Assembly (NCBI GenBank): GCA_030524345.1
Contig: JAUNGP010000007.1
Span: forward strand, 6,104 to 70,103
Direction of reading: 5' to 3'
Length of the DNA: 64,000 nt
Source of the DNA: Clostridia bacterium
GTDB taxonomy: Bacteria; Bacillota; Clostridia; TANB77; CAG-465
Positions 29,387 to 38,228 of the stretch are shown here, piece after piece. The position numbers and the translations under genes were made by a program. The notes beneath the pieces were generated by a model. That model did not search any database, was not told the origin of the DNA, and saw only the letters and a list, made by a program, of their open reading frames with translations. Numbering within the stretch: the stretch's first letter is position 1; each line of letters opens with the position of its first letter.

Positions 29387-31954
29387 ATGTTAAAATTAGA
29401 AAATATAACTAAAATATATAAAATGGAAGAGTTTGAACAAAAAGCACTAGATAAAGTTAGTATAGATTTTAGAGAAAATGAATTTGTTTCTATATTAGGA
29501 CCTAGTGGTAGCGGAAAAACTACATTATTAAATATAATAGGTGGTCTTGATAATTATACTTCAGGAGATCTCATTATTAATGGAGTAAGTACAAAGAAAT
29601 ATAATGATAGAGATTGGGATACATATAGAAATCATCGAATAGGTTTTGTTTTTCAAAGCTATAATTTAATACCACACCAGTCTATTTTATCTAATGTCGA
29701 GCTTGCTTTAACATTATCTGGTGTATCGAAGACTGAAAGAAGAAAAAGAGCAAAGGATGCCTTGAAAAAAGTAGGATTAAGTGAGCATATTAATAAAAAG
29801 CCAAATCAATTATCAGGTGGCCAAATGCAGCGTGTTGCTATTGCTAGAGCACTGGTGAATAATCCTGATATTTTACTAGCAGATGAGCCAACAGGAGCAT
29901 TAGATTCTGAGACAAGTAAACAAATTATGAATTTATTAAAAGAAGTAGCTAAAGATAAGCTAGTTATTATGGTTACTCATAATGCAGAACTTGCAGAGGC
30001 CTATTCGACTAGAATTATTGAGCTAAAAGATGGACACATATTGGGAGATACTGATTCATATCAAGAGAAAAAAATAGAAGAAATAAAATCAACTCAAAAA
30101 GATAAGAACACAAGTATGTCATTTTTAACCGCTTTATCGTTAAGCTTAAATAATTTAATGACTAAAAAAGGTAGGACAATACTTACTTCTTTTGCTGGAT
30201 CAATTGGTATTATTGGTATAGCACTTATTTTATCTTTATCAAGTGGTTTCCAAGACTACATCAGTCGAGTACAAGAAGAAGCATTAACCTCATATCCTTT
30301 AACAATCGAAGAAAGTTCTATAGATCTTACATCTGCTATTTCTGAAAGAAGGCAAGAAGTATTAGATGAAAAGTCAAATGAAAATGTAGAGGAGAATCAT
30401 AAAATTTATTCTAATGATACGATTGCTGATACTTTATCATTGATGAGTAGCAAAATACAATCAAATAATTTAGAATTATTTAAAAAATATATTGAAGATG
30501 AAGAAAATGGAATAAAAGAATATACCACAGCGATCAGCTATGAGTATCATTTAGATTTACAGCTATATAAATCAGATACATCAGAGGGAATTGTTCAAGT
30601 AAATCCAAATACTGTACTTGAAAGTATTGGAATAAACTTTCAAGGAATGAATATGTCAATGATGATGAATGATGTATGGAATGAAATGTTTGAAAATGAA
30701 GAAATCAATAACAAAATGTACGATGTAATCAGTGGTAGAATGCCACAAAAATATAATGAGGTTGTTTTGTTAGTAAATGAGGATAATGAAATCAGTGATT
30801 ATGTATTATATGCTTTAGGATTAAAAGATCAAAATGAACTTGAAGAAATGTATGAAAAAGTATCCAACGGTGAAACAATAGAAACAGAAAAGGTAAGCTA
30901 TAGCTATGATGAATTAGTTGGATTATCATATAAATTACTTTTGAATACTGATTATTATGAAAAACAAAATAATATATGGATTGATAAAAGAGAAGATGAA
31001 GAGTATTTAAAAGAAAAATTGCAAAATGCAGAGGAAATTAAAATAGTAGGGATTATAAAGCCAAGTGAAGAAGCAACAGTCTCTAATAACTCCTTAGGTG
31101 GAATCATGTATACTAATGATTTAGAAAAGTATGTTATTAATAAGATCAATGAATCGGATATTGTAAAGGAACAAAAAGAAAATCCAAATGTAAATGTAAT
31201 TACTGGTTTGGAGTTTAATAATGAGGAATTCCATATAGAAGATTTGAGTATGGAACAAAAAATGTATTTACAATCATTACCTGCAGAAGAATTAGCCGAT
31301 ATTATTACAAAGTATAAAGAACAATCAGAATCTACTTATGATACTGTACTTCTAGAACTTGGATCTGTTGATCTAGAAAAACCTTCAGCAATATATGTAT
31401 ATGCAAAAGATTTTAAATCTAAAGAAGAGATAAAAAATATCATTGCAAATTATAACCAAAAACAAATGGATGATGGTAATGAAAGCAATGTAATCAATTA
31501 TAATGATTTGGTTGGAATGCTTATGAGCTCTATCACAAATATCATAGATATGATCAGCTATGTATTAATTGCTTTTGTTTCCATATCACTTGTAGTATCA
31601 AGTATTATGATAGGAATTATAACATATATATCCGTACTAGAAAGAACAAAAGAAATCGGAATATTACGAGCAATAGGTGCTTCTAAAAAAGATGTCTCAA
31701 GAGTATTTAATGCAGAAACATTAATAGTTGGTTTGATTGCAGGGATAATAGGAATAGGAATAACTATACTATTGAATATCCCTATTAATATCATCTTAAA
31801 AAATATTGCGGGAGTATCTAATTTAAGTAAATTACCAGTAATAGGAGCTTTAATATTGGTTATTATCAGTGTAGTGTTAACAATGATTGCTGGCTTAATT
31901 CCATCACGTATGGCAAGTAAGAAAGATCCAGTTGAATCTTTACGAAGTGAATAG
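29387..31954 (+). CDS. Fused ABC transporter: MacB/LolD-type ATPase plus FtsX-type permease with a large extracytoplasmic domain
   Basis: Walker A GPSGSGKTT, Q-loop, signature LSGGQMQRVAIARAL, Walker B ILLADEPTGALD. One TM near aa 260-285, a ~430-aa loop, then three C-terminal TMs of an FtsX domain. Confidence 0.85.
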   Translation: MLKLENITKIYKMEEFEQKALDKVSIDFRENEFVSILGPSGSGKTTLLNIIGGLDNYTSGDLIINGVSTKKYNDRDWDTYRNHRIGFVFQSYNLIPHQSILSNVELALTLSGVSKTERRKRAKDALKKVGLSEHINKKPNQLSGGQMQRVAIARALVNNPDILLADEPTGALDSETSKQIMNLLKEVAKDKLVIMVTHNAELAEAYSTRIIELKDGHILGDTDSYQEKKIEEIKSTQKDKNTSMSFLTALSLSLNNLMTKKGRTILTSFAGSIGIIGIALILSLSSGFQDYISRVQEEALTSYPLTIEESSIDLTSAISERRQEVLDEKSNENVEENHKIYSNDTIADTLSLMSSKIQSNNLELFKKYIEDEENGIKEYTTAISYEYHLDLQLYKSDTSEGIVQVNPNTVLESIGINFQGMNMSMMMNDVWNEMFENEEINNKMYDVISGRMPQKYNEVVLLVNEDNEISDYVLYALGLKDQNELEEMYEKVSNGETIETEKVSYSYDELVGLSYKLLLNTDYYEKQNNIWIDKREDEEYLKEKLQNAEEIKIVGIIKPSEEATVSNNSLGGIMYTNDLEKYVINKINESDIVKEQKENPNVNVITGLEFNNEEFHIEDLSMEQKMYLQSLPAEELADIITKYKEQSESTYDTVLLELGSVDLEKPSAIYVYAKDFKSKEEIKNIIANYNQKQMDDGNESNVINYNDLVGMLMSSITNIIDMISYVLIAFVSISLVVSSIMIGIITYISVLERTKEIGILRAIGASKKDVSRVFNAETLIVGLIAGIIGIGITILLNIPINIILKNIAGVSNLSKLPVIGALILVIISVVLTMIAGLIPSRMASKKDPVESLRSE

Positions 31955-32011
31955 GGAGAAGTATTTAGTGTGTGAGGATCATTTAATTGATTGTAGAAAT
32001 GGTAAGATATT

Positions 32012-32041
32012 GTGATGGAAATTTGTTTTCCATCACTTTTT
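32012..32041 (+). terminator. Rho-independent terminator after the ABC gene
   Basis: gtgatggaaa / tttccatcac stem followed by a T-run. Confidence 0.8.
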
Positions 32042-32147
32042 GACTTTTATGTAAAATATGGTATAATAATTACGTAAAAAATATAATCCCTACAAATTAA
32101 TATGTTAGGAGAACACCTAATTAATAAAGTTAAGGAGGAATTTAAAC

Positions 32148-32624
32148 ATGAGTTTAAATGAAGTAATGACGCGGAGATTTAACGAGTTATCTGAAACATC
32201 AATGAAATTTGCTGATTGGGTAAAAAAAGAGATATCAAATGACAAAAAAGCTTGTGGGATGGAGATCAGAATCGCGGCCTGTGACTGGCCGAATTATCGT
32301 TATGTACCTACGCCGGTAAAGACTATATATACTCTTCGTTACCCTAATTTAGGAAGAGGCAACTTGGAAATGGAATCACTTTTGGAACTTGAGATGTCAC
32401 AGAGTCGAGAAGTAAAATGTGATGTAGTAGAAAATCTCTTAAAAGAAGTCAATTTAAGTGATTTTCAAAGAATTATGCTAGAAGAAGAGGTGGTTTGCGA
32501 TGTGCAGGCTTTTGCTTATTGGGGGATTGTCATTACAGTTTATCCTAAGGATTTAGTAAGTAATAAAGATCCTATGGATTTAACAGATAACTTGATTATC
32601 AATTATGGTGTGCCGATTGAGTAA
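32148..32624 (+). CDS. Hypothetical protein (158 aa), visibly G/C-richer than its surroundings
   Basis: Strong RBS (AAGGAGG) and an extended -10 promoter (TTGACT...TGgTATAAT) upstream. No recognisable motif. Confidence 0.55.
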   Translation: MSLNEVMTRRFNELSETSMKFADWVKKEISNDKKACGMEIRIAACDWPNYRYVPTPVKTIYTLRYPNLGRGNLEMESLLELEMSQSREVKCDVVENLLKEVNLSDFQRIMLEEEVVCDVQAFAYWGIVITVYPKDLVSNKDPMDLTDNLIINYGVPIE

Positions 32625-32773
32625 CGGAGAAAATAGAACATGAAAAAATGGTAGCCTTGGAAAAGTAATTAGAATGATTAGAAATGTAAATTAGTAAATA
32701 GAACCTAGGAGCTTAGTCACTTCTTGGTTCTATTGAATATAATATAGAAAACTTTATGATTATTGATATAAGT

Positions 32774-32821
32774 AATAATCATAAAGTTTTTTAATTTTTT
32801 GGTGCATATTGTATGCATATT
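32774..32821 (+). repeat. Left copy of a ~48-bp direct repeat bracketing the AAA ATPase cassette
   Basis: aataatcataaagttttttaattttttggtgcatattgtatgcatatt, compared with the copy at 34455-34502, differs only by an indel and a substitution in the T-rich part. Confidence 0.8.
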
Positions 32822-32965
32822 ACAATTAAAGCTTTTTAAAATGTTATATGTTACTTTAACGCAAATTATATCGAAAAAAATATAATAAATTAAAAGTTTT
32901 TTCGATTTAACGAAAAAACTTTACAAAATAAAAACTTTGTGTTATACTTATATTAGGTGATATAT

Positions 32966-34168
32966 ATGATAAAAAGAAATATGTATTTAGATAAGATTAG
33001 AGATTTTTATAATGAAAAAAGTTTAATAAAAATAATTTATGGACTTAGAAGATCTGGAAAATCTATCATATTAACGCAAATAATAGATGAATTACAAGAA
33101 AATGGAATAGATGAAGAACATATAATATATATCAATTTTGAGTCTTTAGATTATAGTGATATTAAAGATGCTAAAGATTTAGATAAATATATAAAATCAT
33201 TTGTAAAAGATAAAAAGACATATTACATATTTTTAGATGAAATACAAAAAGTAAATGATTTTGAAAAAGGAATAAACTCTTTAAGAATCACTAATAATTT
33301 TAGTATATTTATCACTGGTTCAAATAGTAAAATGACTTTTATGGAATTATCAACTGACCTATCTGGAAGATATGTCAGTTTTAGGGTATGTCCTTTAACT
33401 TTTAAAGAAGTAATAGAACTTACTAATACAAAAAAAGAAGATTATGAGAAACTATTATTTGATGTATTTGAGTGGGGTACATTACCACAAAGATTTTCTT
33501 TCAAAGATGAAAATCCTAAATTAAATTATATTTCTGATGTGTATGATTCTATTCTCTTAAAAGATGTTATTGAAAGAATGAACATAAAAGATATTACTTC
33601 TTTTAATAAAATATTACAGTATATATTAGAAATAGAAGGAAGAGAATTCTCTAGTGGAAACGTTTTAAAATATTTAAAACAGGAATATAAAGAGATATCA
33701 ACAGAAACATTATATAATTATATTGAAGCTCTATGTTCAACTTTTATGATTAATAGAGTATATAGATATGATGTCCATGGAAAAGAAGTATTAAAAACTT
33801 TGAATAAATTTTATGCATCTGATTTAGGCATAAAAAAAATAAAAAAGAATAATAAAGAAATTAATTTTTCTACATGTCTCGAAAATTTAGTATATAATGA
33901 GTTAATTGTTAGAGGATATGAAGTTTTTGTTGGAAAGACAAGGAAAGGTGAAGTTGATTTTATTGCTATAAAGAATAAAGAGTTTAAATATATACAAGTA
34001 TGTTTATACTTAAATAATGAGGAAACTATACAAAGAGAGTTTGGAGCATACGATTGTATAAATGATAATTATCCTAAATATGTTATTTCGTTGGATAAAG
34101 ATGATTTTTCAAAAAATGGAATAAAACATATTAATGCAATTGACTTTTTCTTATCTGATAATTTTTAA
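32966..34168 (+). CDS. AAA+ ATPase of the COG1373 type (AAA_14 + DUF4143, C-terminal nuclease-like fold)
   Basis: Walker A GLRRSGKS, Walker B YIFLDEIQ, C-terminal ...GEVDFIA....KYIQV motif typical of this family. Start set at the ATG after the AGGTGA RBS. Confidence 0.75.
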   Translation: MIKRNMYLDKIRDFYNEKSLIKIIYGLRRSGKSIILTQIIDELQENGIDEEHIIYINFESLDYSDIKDAKDLDKYIKSFVKDKKTYYIFLDEIQKVNDFEKGINSLRITNNFSIFITGSNSKMTFMELSTDLSGRYVSFRVCPLTFKEVIELTNTKKEDYEKLLFDVFEWGTLPQRFSFKDENPKLNYISDVYDSILLKDVIERMNIKDITSFNKILQYILEIEGREFSSGNVLKYLKQEYKEISTETLYNYIEALCSTFMINRVYRYDVHGKEVLKTLNKFYASDLGIKKIKKNNKEINFSTCLENLVYNELIVRGYEVFVGKTRKGEVDFIAIKNKEFKYIQVCLYLNNEETIQREFGAYDCINDNYPKYVISLDKDDFSKNGIKHINAIDFFLSDNF

Positions 34169-34454
34169 AAAGAGCGATTTTAAATATTTTTATTAATATT
34201 ATGAAGAATATAGAAATCACAATATATATTGATTAAAAAAATTGAAAAAAGTATGTGTGATTAGTGGAAAAACAACTTTATATATTGCTAATATAAGAGA
34301 ACAAGCAGATTTTAGTAATGTCTAATAATAAATATTGTTATGCATTAAATAGATTAGAACAGTTTAAATGTTAAAATAAGAAAGCCAATTATGCACAGAT
34401 AAATTATAGAGCATAATTGGCTTTTTATAATTATCACTTATATCAATAATCATA

Positions 34455-34502
34455 AGTTTTTTTTATTTTTTGGTGCATATTGTATGCATATTGCGTGCAT
34501 AT
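34455..34502 (+). repeat. Right copy of the ~48-bp direct repeat
   Basis: aataatcataagttttttttattttttggtgcatattgtatgcatatt, followed by an extra gcgtgcatatt module. Confidence 0.8.
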
Positions 34503-34593
34503 TTCTAAAAAAATTAAGTAAAATATAAAAATAAAAAATGTTGATTTTTCAAGCTTTTTAAGCTATTTGATAAAAAAGCTATAAAAGCATACG

Positions 34594-34631
34594 AAAAAAC
34601 CTCGGAAGTATTGAAACTTCTGAGGTTTTTG
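34594..34631 (-). terminator. Terminator of rplM-rpsI (hairpin flanked by A- and T-runs)
   Basis: acctcggaagt / acttctgaggt stem with one G-U pair. Confidence 0.75.
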
Positions 34632-34652
34632 ATATTCTGTATAAAAAGCTTC

Positions 34653-35048
34653 TTATCTTTTGCTGAATTGAGGAGCTTTTCTTGCTTTTTTAAGTCCATA
34701 TTTTCTTCTTTCTTTTACTCTAGAATCTCTAGTTAAAAGACCGTTTCTTTTTAATATAGCACGTACTTCTGGATCAGTAGTTGCTAAAGCTTTTGCAATA
34801 CCGTGAGCAATAGCACCAGCTTGACCTGCGAATCCACCACCATTTACAGTGGCTACTACGTCATATTTTTCCATCATGTTAGCAACATTAAATGGTTTTA
34901 AAATGATAGCCTTTAAAGTATCTAATTTAAAAACTTCATCCATATCCTTTTTGTTTACAGTTATTTTTCCAGTACCAGGAATGATGTTTACTCTAGCTAT
35001 TGAAGATTTTCTTTTTCCTGTTGCATATATGTATTCTTTCTTTGCCAT
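34653..35048 (-). CDS. rpsI: 30S ribosomal protein S9
   Basis: ATGKRK.S.ARV......G.I.VN and a C-terminal [20 protein letters not shown]. Confidence 0.97.
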   Translation of the reverse strand: MAKKEYIYATGKRKSSIARVNIIPGTGKITVNKKDMDEVFKLDTLKAIILKPFNVANMMEKYDVVATVNGGGFAGQAGAIAHGIAKALATTDPEVRAILKRNGLLTRDSRVKERRKYGLKKARKAPQFSKR

Positions 35049-35060
35049 TTCTTATTCCTC

Positions 35061-35495
35061 CTAAAATTCCCATTTTTCTGGTTTTTGAGCTTCATGATTA
35101 TGCTCTTCACCTTTAAATACTCTTAATTTTGTAAGCATTTCTCTTCCCAATGTGTTTTTAGGTAACATACCTTTTACTGCTAATAATAAAGCCTTATCTG
35201 AGCTTTTAGCCATTAGATCTTTATAAGGAATTTCTTTCATTCCTCCTATGTATCCTGAATGATGTCTGTAAACTTTATCATTTAATTTATTACCAGTTAA
35301 AACTATCTTATCTGAGTTTATAACTATAACATAATCTCCACAATCAAGATGTGTAGAGTAAGTTGGTTTGTGTTTTCCTTTTAGTAATTTTGCTACTTCT
35401 GTTGCAACTCTACCAAGAGGTTTGTTTTCTGCATCTATCACATACCATTTCTTTTCGATTTCGCTAGCTTTTACGCTATGTGTAGTATTATTCAT
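35061..35495 (-). CDS. rplM: 50S ribosomal protein L13
   Basis: Start moved to the Met after AGGAGGAAA ([22 protein letters not shown]). GR.A...A..L.GKHKP.Y..H.D.GD.V.V.N. Confidence 0.95.
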   Translation of the reverse strand: MNNTTHSVKASEIEKKWYVIDAENKPLGRVATEVAKLLKGKHKPTYSTHLDCGDYVIVINSDKIVLTGNKLNDKVYRHHSGYIGGMKEIPYKDLMAKSSDKALLLAVKGMLPKNTLGREMLTKLRVFKGEEHNHEAQKPEKWEF

Positions 35496-35577
35496 AATTG
35501 AATTTCCTCCTAATTTAAATTGATGTAGATAGTTCAACTTTTCCGGGGTATAGTTGACTAACTATTAATACTCATAT

Positions 35578-35606
35578 ATTATACATTTAAATCGTAAAAA
35601 TGTCAA
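35578..35606 (-). promoter_or_regulatory. Consensus SigA promoter for rplM-rpsI, followed by a ~75-nt structured leader
   Basis: On the minus strand: TTGACA (35606-35601), a 17-nt spacer, TATAAT (35583-35578). The leader contains atagtt-agtc-aactat and caact...agttg pairings. Confidence 0.65.
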
Positions 35607-35697
35607 CTATTATAGTAAAAAAATTAAATTTTTAGATAATAACCGTATATGGATAAAATGCAATTTGCTTTTCATAGCAGATTGCATTTTATATAGT

Positions 35698-36360
35698 TTA
35701 TTTTATTATATGTGTTACACCATCGCTTGTAATGACACCGAGTCTTGATAATATTCTTCCAGATTGAGTTGTTTTTAAACTGATAATGCTTACTGCATCT
35801 TCTATATCCAATTTTTCAAAATTTAATTTGTCATCAAGACCACTAGTATATACCGCATAATATACGGTTCCATCTTCTAATAGTACAGCATAATAATCTT
35901 GACTTCCTTGACCATGAAAATGATGGATTGCATTTACAATATTTAATCCATTAAAGGTATACTCATTTCCTTCAAAATTAAAAGTTGAAGTCTTTAGACC
36001 TGATGAGCTCCCACTTGAAATTGTTTTTCCAATTGAAACATCTGCTTTTCCAATGGATATGGTATGTCCTTCTTCCTCTACAGAATCAATATTGCCTTCT
36101 ATGTTGGAAGTATCTATATTAGAAGAATTAAATTTTGGTATTACCATAGAATTTGGTAAGTTACTATTATCATTTTCAGTGGTTGTGGAAATGTTATTAT
36201 CTTTATTGTTTTCTAATTGTTGATTTAAATTTTCAATACTTTTCTCCATTTGTTTTATAGTGTTTTTATTTTGTGTAAAGTTTATACCAAAGACTATTGA
36301 TACAGCAAGTAATATTATAATAATAAAAATTAAAATGATTAAAGTAATTTTATTTTTCAT
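35698..36360 (-). CDS. Hypothetical membrane-anchored protein (220 aa)
   Basis: N-terminal TM, a short coiled segment, an Asn/Ser-rich linker and a C-terminal globular part. RBS is AAAGGAGG. Confidence 0.55.
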   Translation of the reverse strand: MKNKITLIILIFIIIILLAVSIVFGINFTQNKNTIKQMEKSIENLNQQLENNKDNNISTTTENDNSNLPNSMVIPKFNSSNIDTSNIEGNIDSVEEEGHTISIGKADVSIGKTISSGSSSGLKTSTFNFEGNEYTFNGLNIVNAIHHFHGQGSQDYYAVLLEDGTVYYAVYTSGLDDKLNFEKLDIEDAVSIISLKTTQSGRILSRLGVITSDGVTHIIK

Positions 36361-36521
36361 ATCATTCCTCCTTTAAGAAATTATATATTAATTTTATGAA
36401 ATTGTAAATAATAATTATGAGATATTTTTATCACTAATATGGTTAATTATTATATTGCAAAATTTAAATATTTATAGTATGATAGATATATAATTATTTT
36501 TAATAGAAGAGAGGTTATTTT

Positions 36522-38132
36522 ATGGCAGGATATGAAGGGTATGAAGGCGTATTTGATATGGATGTAGTTAATATATCGGCTAGTATAATGGATGCAAGGG
36601 AGCTTGCCAGAATAAGGTCTATTATAGCAAATTTAAAGATATATGATGAAAATCCGCATATGTTAACTGAAACATATACAAATATACTTTGTGATGATAA
36701 TGTTGCATTTATTCTTACAAAAGTAAGTCAAGATCCTATATTTATGCGACATTTTCCCGAGTTTTATGAGGTGAATAAGTATGGTGAAAATGTTATAAAT
36801 TGTCAACAAAATTCACCATATCATAAGTATGGAGTATTTAAACATATTTTAACTACAATTGAAGCGGTGGGGAATCCACAAATTCCAATTAGTGATTGGC
36901 AGAAAAAAGTGTTAAAATGGACAATGTTATTACATGATATAGGAAAACCATATGTAAAAACGATATCTGAAGAAGGAAATGAGAGTTTTGTTGGACATGA
37001 TGAAAAGTCAGTTGAACTTGCACAGGGAATATTAGATAGATTTGAATTTTCAGACGATGAGAAAAAGATTATACTAAAGCTTATAAAATATCATGATAAG
37101 TTTTTAAATGAGGGGGAAATAACATATGATAATATGAAATTTCTAGCTAATGAATTGGGCAATAGTAAGGAACTTTTTTATTTACTCATTGATGTGAAAG
37201 ATTCAGATGCAAAAGCAAAAAGTATGGAAGTGTATAACAAATATAAACTGACAAAAAATAAATATTTGGAATTTGTCAATTCTTATTTTAGTTCTAATAA
37301 TATGACTACAAATGATGAGACAATCAAAAATAAAGAAGATGATTCTCAGTTTGATGAGATGACACAATTAGAACTGGAAAATCTTGTTAATGATATCATA
37401 AGTAAGAAAAAGATCAAAGCTGTGTTTCAGCCTGTTATTGATCTTCAATCTTGTAGTGTTTATGGCTATGAAACATTTACAAGGATACAGAGTACGAAAA
37501 GAATTGAAATAATAGAGTTGTTAAATTATGCTATAGAAACTGGTAAGAATGAAAGAGTACAGCAATCATTATTTATAAATGGTGTAGAAGAATTTGAAAA
37601 AATTGTGAATAAAGAGGCCAATGTGTTGTTTGTAAATACTGATTTGGTAAGTTATGAGAAGTACATTAATAAGCCAAGACTTTATGATATGATGTCAAGA
37701 AACAAAATAGTTGTAGAGTTTCATAATTATGAAAAACAAGACTTAACGAGGTTGCAATTAGTCATTCAATCAATTCATGAACATAATGGTCTTGTTGCTT
37801 TGGATCAATTTGGAACTGGAACTTTGAATATAGATGATATTAATTTCTTAGATTTAGATTATATTATACCAGATATGTCTCTTATCAGAGGAATTGCTAA
37901 TGACATAGAAAAGCAAAAATATATGAATGAATTAGTTACGTTTGGAATAGTAAAAGGAACAAGTATTTTAGTGGTAGGCGTTGAAAGTAAGGAAGAATTA
38001 GATGTCCTAAGAAAATTTGGTGTAAAACTTGTTCAAGGTTACTATTTTGAAAAACCTTCTGATACAATTAATATGATAAATACTAATATTAAAGAGCTAT
38101 TAAACCAAGCAGTAGACGATACTATATATTAA
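36522..38132 (+). CDS. HD-domain + EAL-domain protein (putative c-di-GMP-related, EAL motifs partly degenerate)
   Basis: HD region: H...F.H.......LLHDIGKP...GHDE. EAL region: FQPVIDL....VYGYETFTR, VNTD, ALDQFGTG, VVGVES.EE, QGYYFEKP. Confidence 0.65.
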   Translation: MAGYEGYEGVFDMDVVNISASIMDARELARIRSIIANLKIYDENPHMLTETYTNILCDDNVAFILTKVSQDPIFMRHFPEFYEVNKYGENVINCQQNSPYHKYGVFKHILTTIEAVGNPQIPISDWQKKVLKWTMLLHDIGKPYVKTISEEGNESFVGHDEKSVELAQGILDRFEFSDDEKKIILKLIKYHDKFLNEGEITYDNMKFLANELGNSKELFYLLIDVKDSDAKAKSMEVYNKYKLTKNKYLEFVNSYFSSNNMTTNDETIKNKEDDSQFDEMTQLELENLVNDIISKKKIKAVFQPVIDLQSCSVYGYETFTRIQSTKRIEIIELLNYAIETGKNERVQQSLFINGVEEFEKIVNKEANVLFVNTDLVSYEKYINKPRLYDMMSRNKIVVEFHNYEKQDLTRLQLVIQSIHEHNGLVALDQFGTGTLNIDDINFLDLDYIIPDMSLIRGIANDIEKQKYMNELVTFGIVKGTSILVVGVESKEELDVLRKFGVKLVQGYYFEKPSDTINMINTNIKELLNQAVDDTIY

Positions 38133-38160
38133 TAAAATTTTTAAAAATTTTTTAAAATAG

Positions 38161-38189
38161 TTGACAAACATTTCTTTTAGTTATATAAT
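38161..38189 (+). promoter_or_regulatory. Consensus SigA promoter of recA
   Basis: TTGACA at 38161-38166, a 17-nt spacer, TATAAT at 38184-38189. Confidence 0.7.
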
Positions 38190-38194
38190 CATAG

Positions 38195-38208
38195 CGAACA
38201 AATGTTTG
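38195..38208 (+). promoter_or_regulatory. LexA/DinR SOS box (Cheo box)
   Basis: CGAACAAATGTTTG against the Firmicute consensus CGAAC-N4-GTTCG (one mismatch). It lies immediately downstream of the -10 element. Confidence 0.7.
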
Positions 38209-38228
38209 AAACGTTAGGAGGAAATATT

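Noticed and set aside
32801-32830. Resemblance of GGTGCATATTGTATGCATATT(ACAATTAAA) to a Xer/dif site (E. coli dif GGTGCGCATAA-TGTATA-TTATGTTAAAT), suggesting an IMEX-type element using the nearby xerD
   Set aside because: Only the left half is similar. The right arm does not match the conserved XerD arm (TTATGTnAAnT), and the sequence does not resemble the Firmicute dif consensus I recall. It is kept only as a generic recombination-site-like core within the direct-repeat finding.
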